NCBI GenBank assembly: GCA_963765575.1
Contig: CAVXWZ010000002.1
Span: 320,001 to 384,000, forward strand
DNA length: 64,000 bases
DNA from: an uncultured cyanobacterium
GTDB lineage: Bacteria; Cyanobacteriota; Cyanobacteriia; PCC-6307; Cyanobiaceae
Reading direction: 5' to 3'
The notes beneath the pieces are model-generated. The model did no database searches. It was given only the letters and a program-made list of their open reading frames with translations, and was not told the DNA's origin. Made by a program: the position numbers and the translations under genes. Positions 1-8,331 of this stretch are shown here, piece by piece; within the stretch, counting starts at the first letter, position 1; every line of letters begins with the position of its first letter.

Positions 1-1386
1 AGCCCCGACGGCAGCCAGTTGGCCTGGGTGGAGTGGCAGCAGCCCCACATGCCCTGGCAACGCAGCCAGCTGTGGCTGGCCGAGGTGGCCGCCGATGGGG
101 CCCTGGGCGATCCCCGCGTGGTGGCCGGCTCGGACGCCAGCGATGTCCGACCGATCTCGGTGTTCCAGCCCCTCTGGCTCGGCCTAGGCGAGCTGGTGGT
201 GGCCAGCGATGCCAGTGGCTGGTGGAACCTGCAACGGCTGCACACGCCCTCCGGCCACTGGCAGAGCCTGCTGCCGATGCGGGCCGAATTCGCCATGCCC
301 CAGTGGGTCTACGGCATGCGCACGAGTACCTGGGATGGCCGGCAACTGATCGCCGCCGCCTGCCGGGATGGCGTCTGGGAGCTGGGCCGCGTGGCCCTGG
401 AGCCGGAGCTGGTGGGCAGCGCCGCCGCCTGGCAGCCCCTGGCCGTGCCCTTCGACGACCTGGCCGGCCTCAGCGCCGGGGATGGGCAGCTGGTGGCGGT
501 GGCCAGTTCCCCCACCACCCCCCAGGGGTTGCTGGCGGTGGATCTGGCCAGCGGCCACTGGCAACACTGGCCCGTGGCCCCGTGCCCGCTGGCGGCCGAG
601 GCGATCAGCCAGCCCCAGGCCTGGTGGTTCCCGGGCCATGGCGGGGCCCGAACCCACGCCTGGTACTACCCCCCGCACGGCGGCGCCACGGCCCACTCCC
701 CCCTGCTGGTGAAGGGTCACAGCGGCCCCACCGGCATGGCCCGCCGCGGCCTGAACCTGGCGATCCAGTTCTGGACCTCCCGGGGCTGGGGGGTGGTGGA
801 TGTCAACTACGGCGGCTCCACCGGCTTCGGGCGTGCCTACCGGGAACGGCTGGACGGCCAGTGGGGGGTGGCGGATGTGGCCGACTGCGCCGCCGCCGCC
901 CGCTCCCTGGTGGCGGCCGGGCACGCCAGCCGCGCCCGCATCGCCATCGAGGGCGGCAGTGCCGGCGGGTTCACCGCCCTGGCGGCGCTCTGTTTCAGCA
1001 CTGTCTTCGGCGCCGCCGCCTGCCGCTACGCCGTGAGCGATCCGGCCGGCCTGGCGGTGCACGACCATCGCTTCGAGGCCCGCTATCTCGACAGCCTGAT
1101 CGGCCCCTGGCCCGAGGCCGCCAGCACCTACGCGGCCCGATCGCCGCTGGAGCATGCGGATCGCATCCGTTGCCCGGTGATTTTCTTTCAGGGGCTTGAG
1201 GACACCGTGGTGCTGCCGGAGCAGACCGATCGCATGGCCGCGGCCCTGGCCGCCCATGGCATCGCCGTGGAGGTGCACCGGTTTGCCGGTGAAGGCCACG
1301 GCTTTCGCGACGGGGCGGTGCAGCTGCAGGTGCTCGAGGCCACCGAGGCCTTCTTCCGCCGGCACTTCGGCCTCAACAGCCCGTGA
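1..1386 (+). CDS. S9 family (prolyl oligopeptidase/acylaminoacyl) peptidase, 5' end outside window
   Basis: Open frame from the window edge; GGSAGG nucleophile motif, FFQGLED and EGHGF catalytic Asp/His motifs. Confidence 0.9.
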   Translation, partial: SPDGSQLAWVEWQQPHMPWQRSQLWLAEVAADGALGDPRVVAGSDASDVRPISVFQPLWLGLGELVVASDASGWWNLQRLHTPSGHWQSLLPMRAEFAMPQWVYGMRTSTWDGRQLIAAACRDGVWELGRVALEPELVGSAAAWQPLAVPFDDLAGLSAGDGQLVAVASSPTTPQGLLAVDLASGHWQHWPVAPCPLAAEAISQPQAWWFPGHGGARTHAWYYPPHGGATAHSPLLVKGHSGPTGMARRGLNLAIQFWTSRGWGVVDVNYGGSTGFGRAYRERLDGQWGVADVADCAAAARSLVAAGHASRARIAIEGGSAGGFTALAALCFSTVFGAAACRYAVSDPAGLAVHDHRFEARYLDSLIGPWPEAASTYAARSPLEHADRIRCPVIFFQGLEDTVVLPEQTDRMAAALAAHGIAVEVHRFAGEGHGFRDGAVQLQVLEATEAFFRRHFGLNSP

Positions 1387-2787
1387 GCCTGCTGCCGGCC
1401 CTCGCCCTGATCGCTCGGGGCCTTGGCGACCCTGGGGTTGCTACTGGCGCTGGGTCGGGCGATCGGGCCGGCCCTGGGGCTGCAGCGACTGGGGCTGCCG
1501 GCGGCCGTGGTGGCCGGGCTGCTGGGGCTGTTGATCGGCCCCTATGGTCCCTGGCCGGTGATGCCCCCTGCGGTGGAGGAGCTCTGGGCGCGACTGCCCA
1601 CGATCCTGCTCACCCTGGTCTTCGGCACCCTGATGCTGGGACGGCCCCTGCCCGCCGTGCAGCGCTTCTGGCGCGCGGCCGCCGCCCAGACCCTGCTCGG
1701 GTTGACGCTGGGCTTCGGCCAGTACCTGATGGGCGCCCTGACGGTGCTGCTGCTGCTGGGCCCCTGGCTGGGGGTGAATCCGCTGATGGCCTGCCTGATC
1801 GAGGTGGGCTTCGAGGGGGGGCACGGCAGTGCCGCGGTGATGGGACCGATCTATGCCGACCTGGGGTTCGTGGAGGGCAGCGACCTGGGGCTGGCGATGG
1901 CCACCGTGGGCCTGCTCAGCTCCACCCTGCTGGGGGGGGTGCTGGTGGTGATCGCCCAGCGCTTTGGCTGGCTGATGGCTCTTGAGCCTGTGGCCCTTGA
2001 GCCTGCGCTGGCGGGTGGTGGCCTCGAACCTGTGGCCCCGGAGCCAGCCGCCGGCCCCCACCAGCCCAGCTGTCCCCTGCCCGATCCGGCCGCGGGCCGC
2101 GAGCTCGGGGAGGTGGCAATGCTGCTGATCAACCTGGGGCTGGTGGGCCTGGCGGTGGGCCTGGGGGTGCTGATGGAGGTTGCCCTCAACTGGGCCGCCA
2201 CGCCCCTGCATGGCGCTTGGCGCACCGTGGTGGACGCCCTACCCGTCTACCCCCTGGCCCTGGCTGGCTCGCTGCTGGTGCGTCTGGCCCTGGAGCGCAG
2301 TGGCCGCAGCGATCTGGCCTCCCCCCAGCTGCAGACCCGCCTGGGGGGCCTGGCCACCGACCTGCTGATCACCGCGGCGATGGCGGGCCTGAATCTGCCC
2401 CAGCTGGCCAAGAGCTGGCTGCCGCTCACGGTGCTCGCCAGCGCCGGCCTGGCCTGGAATCTGCTGGTGGTGCTGGTGCTGGCCCGCCGGGTGCTGCCGG
2501 TCGACTGGTTCGAGCGCGCCGTGATCGAGTTCGGCCAGGCCACCGGGGTGGCCGCCACGGGCCTGCTGCTGCTGGGCATGGCCGATCCCAGCAACCGCAG
2601 CGAAGCGCTGCCGGCCTTCTCGATCAAGCAGTTGCTGCTGCAACCGGTGCTGGCCGGTGGCGTGGTCACGGTGGCGGCACCGCTGGCCGTGAACAGCTGG
2701 GGGCTGCCGCTGTGGTGTGAGTTGTGCTTCGGTCTCACGGTTCTCTGGATCACACTGGCGCTGCTGCTGGCCCGTCAGCCGGCCTGA
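1383..2787 (+). CDS. gltS: Sodium:glutamate symporter (GltS/ESS family), copy 1; probable +1 frameshift near 1413
   Basis: Polytopic membrane ORF 1423-2787 with IEVGFEGGHG and FGQATG motifs; GTG at 1383 overlaps the upstream stop (GTGA) and is one base out of frame. Confidence 0.8.
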
Positions 2788-2799
2788 GCCCCGATCACC

Positions 2800-4158
2800 A
2801 TGAAGCTGTTCGATGTGCTGATCGCCTTTGTGGCGCTCAGCCTGCTGCTGCTGCTGGCCACGGCGCTGCGGCAGCGGCTGCCGCTGCTGCGCCGATCAGG
2901 CCTGCCCGAGGCCCTGGTGGCCGGCCTGCTGGGGCTGGCGATCGGGCCCTTCAGCCCCCTGCGCCTGTTTCCCGAGAGCGTCTACACGGTGTGGAGCCAG
3001 ACCCCCGGGGTGCTCATCAACGTGGTGTTCGCCAGCCTGTTTCTGGGCCAGAGCCTGCCCAGTAGGAGGGTGGTGTGGCAGCGGGCCGCCAGCCAGACGG
3101 CCTTCGGCATGGTGCTGGGCTTCGGGCAGTACCTGGTGGGTGGACTGGTGCTGCTGCTGGTGCTGCGACCGCTGTTGGGCAGCGATCCGCTGCTGGCCTG
3201 CCTGATCGAGGTGGGCTTCGAGGGCGGCCACGGCACCGCCGCCGGGATGGGGACCACCTTCAGCCGCCTGGGGCTGACCTCCGGCGAGGCCCTGGGCCTG
3301 GCGATGGCCACCTTCGGCGTGCTGGCCGGGGTGCTGGTGGGCAGCACGCTGGTGATGATCGGTCGCCGGCGCCAGTGGCTGCTGCCCTCGGATCAGCAGC
3401 AGCGTGGGGGGGAGGCGACCGGGCAGGTGGAGCGGCCGGCAGCGGCTGCGAGCTCGCCCACGATCGACGCCCTCACCCTCAATCTGGCCCTGATCGGTGC
3501 CGCGATCGGTCTGGGGGTGCTGCTGCGCCATGGCCTGGTGAGACTGGCCGGGGGCCTGGGTGGTGAGCCCACCGGCCAGCTGTTCGCAGCCCTGCCCCTG
3601 TTTCCCCTGGCGATGGTGGGCGGACTGCTGGTGCAGCGCCTGCTGCAGTGGCAGGGGCAGCCCCGCCTGGCCTCGGTGAGCGCCCAGCGCAGCATCGGCT
3701 CGTTGGCCATGGATGTGCTGATCGCCGCGGCGATGGCCAGCCTCAACCTGCCGCTGGTGGAGGAGGCCTGGCTGCCGCTGCTCGTGCTCGCCCTGGCGGG
3801 GCTGGGCTGGAACGTGGCGGTGTTCCTGTGGCTGGGACCACGGCTGTTCCGCAATGCCTGGTTCGAGCGGGCGATCGCCGATTTCGGCCAGAGCACCGGC
3901 ATCACCGCCACCGGGCTGCTGCTGCTGCGCATGGCCGACCCCTACGGCCGCAGTCCGGCGCTGGAGGGCTTCTCGTTCAAGCAGCTGGTGTATGAGCCCT
4001 TCCTGGGCGGCGGGCTGGTCACCGCCTTCGCCCCGATCGCGTTGGTGGCCCTGGGCTTGCCCCTGTGGACCCTGGTGGCCCTGGGGCTCACCCTGGCGTC
4101 CCTGGCGTTCGGAGTCGCCATGGCCCGTCAGCGACCGGCCGGTGTGGCGGCTCCGTAG
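2800..4158 (+). CDS. gltS: Sodium:glutamate symporter (GltS/ESS family), copy 2
   Basis: IEVGFEGGHGTAAG and FGQSTG motifs; many hydrophobic segments. Confidence 0.85.
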   Translation: MKLFDVLIAFVALSLLLLLATALRQRLPLLRRSGLPEALVAGLLGLAIGPFSPLRLFPESVYTVWSQTPGVLINVVFASLFLGQSLPSRRVVWQRAASQTAFGMVLGFGQYLVGGLVLLLVLRPLLGSDPLLACLIEVGFEGGHGTAAGMGTTFSRLGLTSGEALGLAMATFGVLAGVLVGSTLVMIGRRRQWLLPSDQQQRGGEATGQVERPAAAASSPTIDALTLNLALIGAAIGLGVLLRHGLVRLAGGLGGEPTGQLFAALPLFPLAMVGGLLVQRLLQWQGQPRLASVSAQRSIGSLAMDVLIAAAMASLNLPLVEEAWLPLLVLALAGLGWNVAVFLWLGPRLFRNAWFERAIADFGQSTGITATGLLLLRMADPYGRSPALEGFSFKQLVYEPFLGGGLVTAFAPIALVALGLPLWTLVALGLTLASLAFGVAMARQRPAGVAAP

Positions 4159-4799
4159 TTCAGCGCCTGCATGCGGGCAGCCACCCGCTGCATCTCGGCG
4201 GCACTGAGCAGCGGCGGCTCACCAAGCTGCAGGGCTTCGAGATACACGTGCGCCAGGGTCTCCACCTCCAGCGCCAGAGCCACGGCCTGATCCAGATCGC
4301 CCCCCAGGGCCACCTGGCCGTGGTGGGCCAGCAGACAGGCGCGGCGATCTCGCAGGGCCGCCAGGGCCCGATCGGAGAGCTCCTGGCCGCCGAAGGTGGC
4401 GTAGGGGGCGCAGCGGATCTCGGCGCCACCGGCCACCACCACCATGTAATGGAAGGCGGGAATGGCGCGGCCGTGACAGGCCAGGGCCGTGGCGCGGATC
4501 GAGTGGCAGTGCACCACGGCCTGAATCTCGGGCCGGCTGGCCAGGATGTCGACGTGCAGGCGCCATTCCGAGGAGGCCTGACGGCCGGGGGCTGCGTGGC
4601 GGACCCGCCCCTGCCCGTCGAGCTCCACCAGATCCTCCGGGCCCATCTGCTCAGCGGGCAGGGAACTGGGGGTGATCAGCAGGCCATCGGATAGGCGCAG
4701 CGAGAGGTTGCCGGCCGTGCCCTGATTGAGGCCGAGGGCCCGGAGCCCCTTGGCGGCGGCCAGCAGCTGGCGCCGGGACTTCTCGTTCGCCAGCGGCAT
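4128..4799 (-). CDS. Class II aldolase/adducin family protein (FucA-like; likely methylthioribulose/5-deoxyribulose-1-P aldolase)
   Basis: [24 protein letters not shown] and LLAHHG metal-binding motifs; start taken at ATG 4799. Confidence 0.85.
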   Translation of the reverse strand: MPLANEKSRRQLLAAAKGLRALGLNQGTAGNLSLRLSDGLLITPSSLPAEQMGPEDLVELDGQGRVRHAAPGRQASSEWRLHVDILASRPEIQAVVHCHSIRATALACHGRAIPAFHYMVVVAGGAEIRCAPYATFGGQELSDRALAALRDRRACLLAHHGQVALGGDLDQAVALALEVETLAHVYLEALQLGEPPLLSAAEMQRVAARMQALNYGAATPAGR

Positions 4800-4868
4800 G
4801 GGGGCAGGTGGGCTGCAGAGAGCGTAGGCAGCCATGGCGAGGCAACCCTGAGACAGCCCCCCAAGGCC

Positions 4869-5849
4869 ATGACCATGGCAGCAAAGGCCAAGCCTGCAGG
4901 CCTGATCCAGCGCTACCGGGAGGAGCTGGAGGTGCGCCGCTATGCGCGTCGGACGGTGGCGACCTATGAGCAATGGCTGCGGCGATACCTGCGGTTTCAC
5001 CGGATGCAGCATCCCCGGGAGATGGGAGAGGCCGAGATCAATGCCTTTCTCAGCCATCTGGCCACGGAAGAGCACGTGAGTGCCTCAACGCAGAACCAGG
5101 CCCTGGCGGCACTGCTGTTTCTCTACCGCACGGTGCTCGGGGGTGATTTGGGCAGCCTGGAGGGGGTGATCCGGGCCCGCAAGCGCCGGCGCCTGCCCGT
5201 GGTGCTCACGGTGTCGGAGGTGCGAGCCGTTATGAATGAGCTGGAAGGCACAGAGGGCCTTGTGGCCCAGCTGCTGTACGGGAGTGGGCTGCGGCTCATG
5301 GAGGCGCTGCGCCTGCGGGTCAAGGATGTGGATCTCGAACAGCGCTCCATCACCGTGCGCAGCGGCAAAGGAGACAAGGACAGACTCACGGTGCTCCCCG
5401 CCAAACTGGTGGAGCCTCTGAAAAGCCACCTTCGCGACGTGAGGCGGGTGCACCAAGCCGATCTCGCTGCGGGCTGGGGGGCGGTGGAGTTGCCCAATGC
5501 CCTCGAGAGGAAATACCGCAATGCGGCCCGGGAATGGGGCTGGCAATGGCTGTTTCCCCAGGGCCGACGCTGGCGGGATCCACGGCGGAACCTCGAGGGA
5601 AGGCACCATCTTGATCCCAGCCTTGTGCAGCGTGCCGTGCGCGGTGCTGTGCAGGCCGCGGGGATCAGCAAGCCGGCGACCTGCCACACCTTCCGCCATT
5701 CATTCGCCACGCATCTTCTGGAGCAGGGGGCCGACATCCGCACGATTCAGGAGCTGCTCGGCCACAGCGATGTGAAAACCACCATGATCTATACCCATGT
5801 GCTGAACCGAGGGCCGTCTGGGGTACGAAGCCCGGCAGACCTGCTCTGA
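4869..5849 (+). CDS. intI: Integron integrase (tyrosine recombinase)
   Basis: [31 protein letters not shown], IntI-specific insert LPNALERKY...[33 protein letters not shown]. Confidence 0.97.
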   Translation: MTMAAKAKPAGLIQRYREELEVRRYARRTVATYEQWLRRYLRFHRMQHPREMGEAEINAFLSHLATEEHVSASTQNQALAALLFLYRTVLGGDLGSLEGVIRARKRRRLPVVLTVSEVRAVMNELEGTEGLVAQLLYGSGLRLMEALRLRVKDVDLEQRSITVRSGKGDKDRLTVLPAKLVEPLKSHLRDVRRVHQADLAAGWGAVELPNALERKYRNAAREWGWQWLFPQGRRWRDPRRNLEGRHHLDPSLVQRAVRGAVQAAGISKPATCHTFRHSFATHLLEQGADIRTIQELLGHSDVKTTMIYTHVLNRGPSGVRSPADLL

Positions 5850-5867
5850 GGGAGGGCGGGATCTTCC

Positions 5868-6021
5868 GCGGACCGCGTAACAACCCGTGAAGCAGGTGGC
5901 GACAACCGAGAGGCGTTGCTACAGATGATTTCAGCCCAAGAGAGAAGCTGGCGATCGGTAGCTTATGCGGCAAAGCGCAGGCTGGCGGCAGCTTCTGCGG
6001 TCCGCCGAATCACTGTTAGTA
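5868..6021 (+). other. Putative attI region
   Basis: GTTAGTA core at 6015-6021 just before the first cassette; direct repeats AGCTT(A/C)TGCGG at 5960 and 5990; inverted pair GCGGACCGC 5868 / GCGGTCCGC 5997. Confidence 0.6.
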
Positions 6022-6070
6022 CGTATCCAGCAAGCCGTTGACCGTAAGCCTCGTCTAGTACAGCCGCCTT

Positions 6071-6318
6071 ATGGTCGTGCAGAGAAGGTTCAGAAGTGGG
6101 GAAACAGCCTTGGCGTGAGGATTCCACGCGGTTTGGCAGATGAGGTGGGCTTGGGGGCTGGTACGGAAGTCAGCCTCACCGCGAAGGATGGTGAGCTGGT
6201 CTTGAGGCCCTCATTGCCTAGCCGGCTCAGGCTTGTGGATCTTCTTGCTGATATCACTCCAGAGAACATTCACGCCTCCGTTGATACGGGGGATGCCGTA
6301 GGTTCCGAAGCGTTCTGA
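6071..6318 (+). CDS. mazE: AbrB/MazE family antitoxin (cassette 1); start out of frame as sequenced
   Basis: KVQKWGNSLGVRIP AbrB signature; stop overlaps toxin ATG; ATG 6071 is not in the main frame, and the only in-frame ATG is 5965. Confidence 0.85.
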
Positions 6319-6674
6319 TGTCTACCTACGTGCCTGATCGTGGCGATTTGGTGTGGCTGGAGTTCACGCCACAGGCCGGAAGTGAGCAGCGTGGAAGACG
6401 GCCAGCACTGGTTATATCCCCAAAGGCCTACAATGGAAAAGTAGGGCTGGCACTATTTTGTCCAATTACATCCAAGATCAAGGGTTACCCTTTTGAGGTT
6501 CTGCTGCCTGATGGATACTCCGTGAGTGGAGTTGTTCTGTCCGATCAGCTGAAGAGCCTAGACTGGCGAACGAGGAAAGCGAAGTTCATTGAGCGGATTT
6601 CTTCAGATGTAATGGAGATGGTTACTGCGAGGGTATTACCGCTTCTTGAACCTGACACTCCTGCCACTCTCTAA
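6318..6674 (+). CDS. mazF: MazF endoribonuclease toxin (cassette 1)
   Basis: YVPDRGDLVWLEFTPQAGSEQRGRRPALVISP, CPITS, DQLKSLDWRTR. Confidence 0.95.
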   Translation: MSTYVPDRGDLVWLEFTPQAGSEQRGRRPALVISPKAYNGKVGLALFCPITSKIKGYPFEVLLPDGYSVSGVVLSDQLKSLDWRTRKAKFIERISSDVMEMVTARVLPLLEPDTPATL

Positions 6675-6758
6675 CACCACCATGCACCTGAGCCGCCACC
6701 GCATGGCTATCTTCTTCGCCGTGCACTCCTTGCGGCCAGGTGATGGCGAGCGTTAGAA
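6669..6758 (+). other. attC site 1 (90 bp)
   Basis: R'' CTCTAAC, 5-nt spacer, CATGCACCTG-A-GCCGC pairing with GCGGC-CAGGTGATG (two unpaired bases), 6-nt spacer, R' GTTAGAA. Confidence 0.92.
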
Positions 6759-6893
6759 GGATGGGCGGGAAGCTGTCGACACATTCCCTTGGGTACACAT
6801 GCCCATGCTCCCTTTGGCAAGCCAGGGGGGAGGCTGTTCGATGATTTCCTGGCTAGGGTGGAGCACGAATACAAGGGAGATCCAAAGAAGGGA

Positions 6894-7103
6894 ATGGAAA
6901 ACCTCTATGAAGCTGTCGTTGAGCCTGACGGAAGAATACGGCTCAATACATCAGTTCACCTACAAAAGGGCCTCAAGGTCTTGGTCGCAGTGCCACGATG
7001 CCAGAAGGATTCAGCTTTCAGCGGAATTGCCTTAAGCGAACCCTCGCTTTCAAAAGATTGGCTCAATCAGGATGAAGAAGAAGCATGGGCGCACCTTCAG
7101 TAG
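6894..7103 (+). CDS. Putative antitoxin (cassette 2)
   Basis: 69-aa ORF ending SLSKDWLNQDEEEAWAHLQ, a tail typical of PemK-associated antitoxins; overlaps toxin start; AAGGGA upstream. Confidence 0.75.
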   Translation: MENLYEAVVEPDGRIRLNTSVHLQKGLKVLVAVPRCQKDSAFSGIALSEPSLSKDWLNQDEEEAWAHLQ

Positions 7104-7438
7104 GGGATGTTGTAATTATCCCTTTTCCCTATTCTAATCTATCGCAATCCAAGCGCAGACCTGCTCTGGTTCTAGCTGAAGCGGGCAGAGGTGATTTCCT
7201 GCTATGCCAGATCACCAGCAAGCAATATGGCGATCTTCATGCCTTGCCCCTCAAAGAGTCCGACTTCTTCTCCGGAGGCATCAAGCGAGACAGTTTCATC
7301 CGTGGCACCAAGCTCTTCACTGCCAATGAGACTCTCATTCTTGGAGTTGCTGGCCATCTAACCCATTTCAAGCTTTCAGAAGTTGTTTCCCAACTTATTG
7401 ATATCCTATCTGCTTGCCTGAAAGATGACACCTTCTAA
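7085..7438 (+). CDS. PemK/MazF family toxin (cassette 2)
   Basis: GDVVIIPFPYSNLSQSKRRPALVL, LCQITS, KLFT motifs. Confidence 0.9.
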   Translation: MGAPSVGDVVIIPFPYSNLSQSKRRPALVLAEAGRGDFLLCQITSKQYGDLHALPLKESDFFSGGIKRDSFIRGTKLFTANETLILGVAGHLTHFKLSEVVSQLIDILSACLKDDTF

Positions 7439-7517
7439 CATCCAGGTACAGAAGGCGGGACCGATAGCTGTCTTCTATGCCGAGATTCGTGCCCGCTTCT
7501 GATCTGGAGCGTTAGCC
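7433..7517 (+). other. attC site 2 (85 bp)
   Basis: CCTTCTAAC is the exact complement of this cassette's start GTTAGAAGG (6752); GGTACAGAAGGCGGG pairs with CCCGCTTCTGATC; R' GTTAGCC. Confidence 0.92.
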
Positions 7518-7551
7518 GGCCGCGAAAAGCCCTTAATCCATTATTCCCACG

Positions 7552-8181
7552 ATGAGCGACATGGCCTTGCTGGACGACTTCTCGCGGCTGGCCGTGAATT
7601 CACGACTTGCGTGGCACTGCGAACCCAAGCTTTGGTCGGTTGACCCGAGCGTCCCGTGCCTTCGAGTCAGTCCAGATGCTGCGACCGACTTCTGGCAGCG
7701 AACTCACTACGGATTTGAGGCTGACAATGGACACTTCCTGCATCTCTGGGCCGAAGGCGACTTCGTCCTCACGACCAAGGTCACGTCTCGGCCAGCGCAC
7801 CAGTACGACCAAGCAGGTCTGATGGTACGCCTATCTCCTTCCTGCTGGCTCAAGACCTCCGTAGAGTTCGAGCCCGACGGAAACAATCGGCTCGGAGCGG
7901 TTGTAACCAATGCACAGTATTCCGACTGGTCTACCCAGTCGCTGGCCAAAGAAATTCGAACAGTCTGGTTCCGGATTCGCGCAGAGCACAGTGACTACAT
8001 CGTCGAGTCGTCCGTCGATGGGCGGCATTGGGAGCAGCTGCGAATGGCACGGCTTTTCGAGCGGCCGGCAGTCAAAGCTGTTCAATGCGGGCCGTATGCA
8101 TGCAGCCCCAAGGCTTCAGGGTACGAGGCACAGTTCTCCTACCTGAGGTTCGAGCCTGGCCATCTTGCCGAGACCATGTAG
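7552..8181 (+). CDS. DUF1349 domain protein (ConA-like fold), cassette 3
   Basis: TDFWQRTHYGF, YDQAGLMV, WLKTSVEFE, SDWS, YACSP motifs. Confidence 0.85.
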   Translation: MSDMALLDDFSRLAVNSRLAWHCEPKLWSVDPSVPCLRVSPDAATDFWQRTHYGFEADNGHFLHLWAEGDFVLTTKVTSRPAHQYDQAGLMVRLSPSCWLKTSVEFEPDGNNRLGAVVTNAQYSDWSTQSLAKEIRTVWFRIRAEHSDYIVESSVDGRHWEQLRMARLFERPAVKAVQCGPYACSPKASGYEAQFSYLRFEPGHLAETM

Positions 8182-8183
8182 CT

Positions 8184-8268
8184 CATCTACGGCCCCCTTG
8201 AGCCGTTGTGGTGCAGATCCCTCTGGCGGGGCCACACCGGCGGCATCCGCTCAGCTCAAGCGTGATGC
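8184..8268 (+). other. Degenerate attC site 3 (85 bp)
   Basis: CATCTAC-5nt-CCTTGAGC ... GCTCAGC-6nt-GTGATGC: attC spacing retained but both AAC and GTT triplets altered. Confidence 0.65.
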
Positions 8269-8311
8269 CATCAAGCACCCTCAAGGTGATACGTCCTGGA
8301 TCCCAGGTTGC

Positions 8312-8331
8312 GCCGAGCTCGAGCGTTAGTC
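8312..8331 (+). other. Right half of an attC site overlapping the mtnA stop
   Basis: GCCGAGC-TCGAGC-GTTAGTC; same GAGC-GTTAG ending as attC1 and attC2; no matching left arm. Confidence 0.55.

Larger units (their letters stand above)
4820..8331 (+). mobile_element. Integron: intI, putative attI and three cassettes plus a remnant; integrase co-oriented with the array
   Basis: IntI-type recombinase, two intact attC sites, one decayed attC, one half attC; cassette DNA visibly more AT-rich than flanks. Confidence 0.9.

Noticed and set aside
5875..6021. GCGTAAC...GTTAGTA as an attC making intI itself an ordinary cassette
   Set aside because: The inverted repeat lies outside the putative R'' and no L''/L' pairing at 5/6-nt spacing is present; fits attI better
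6017..6062. TAGTAC half-sites as a cyanobacterial LexA box
   Set aside because: No correctly spaced second half-site, and not upstream of intI
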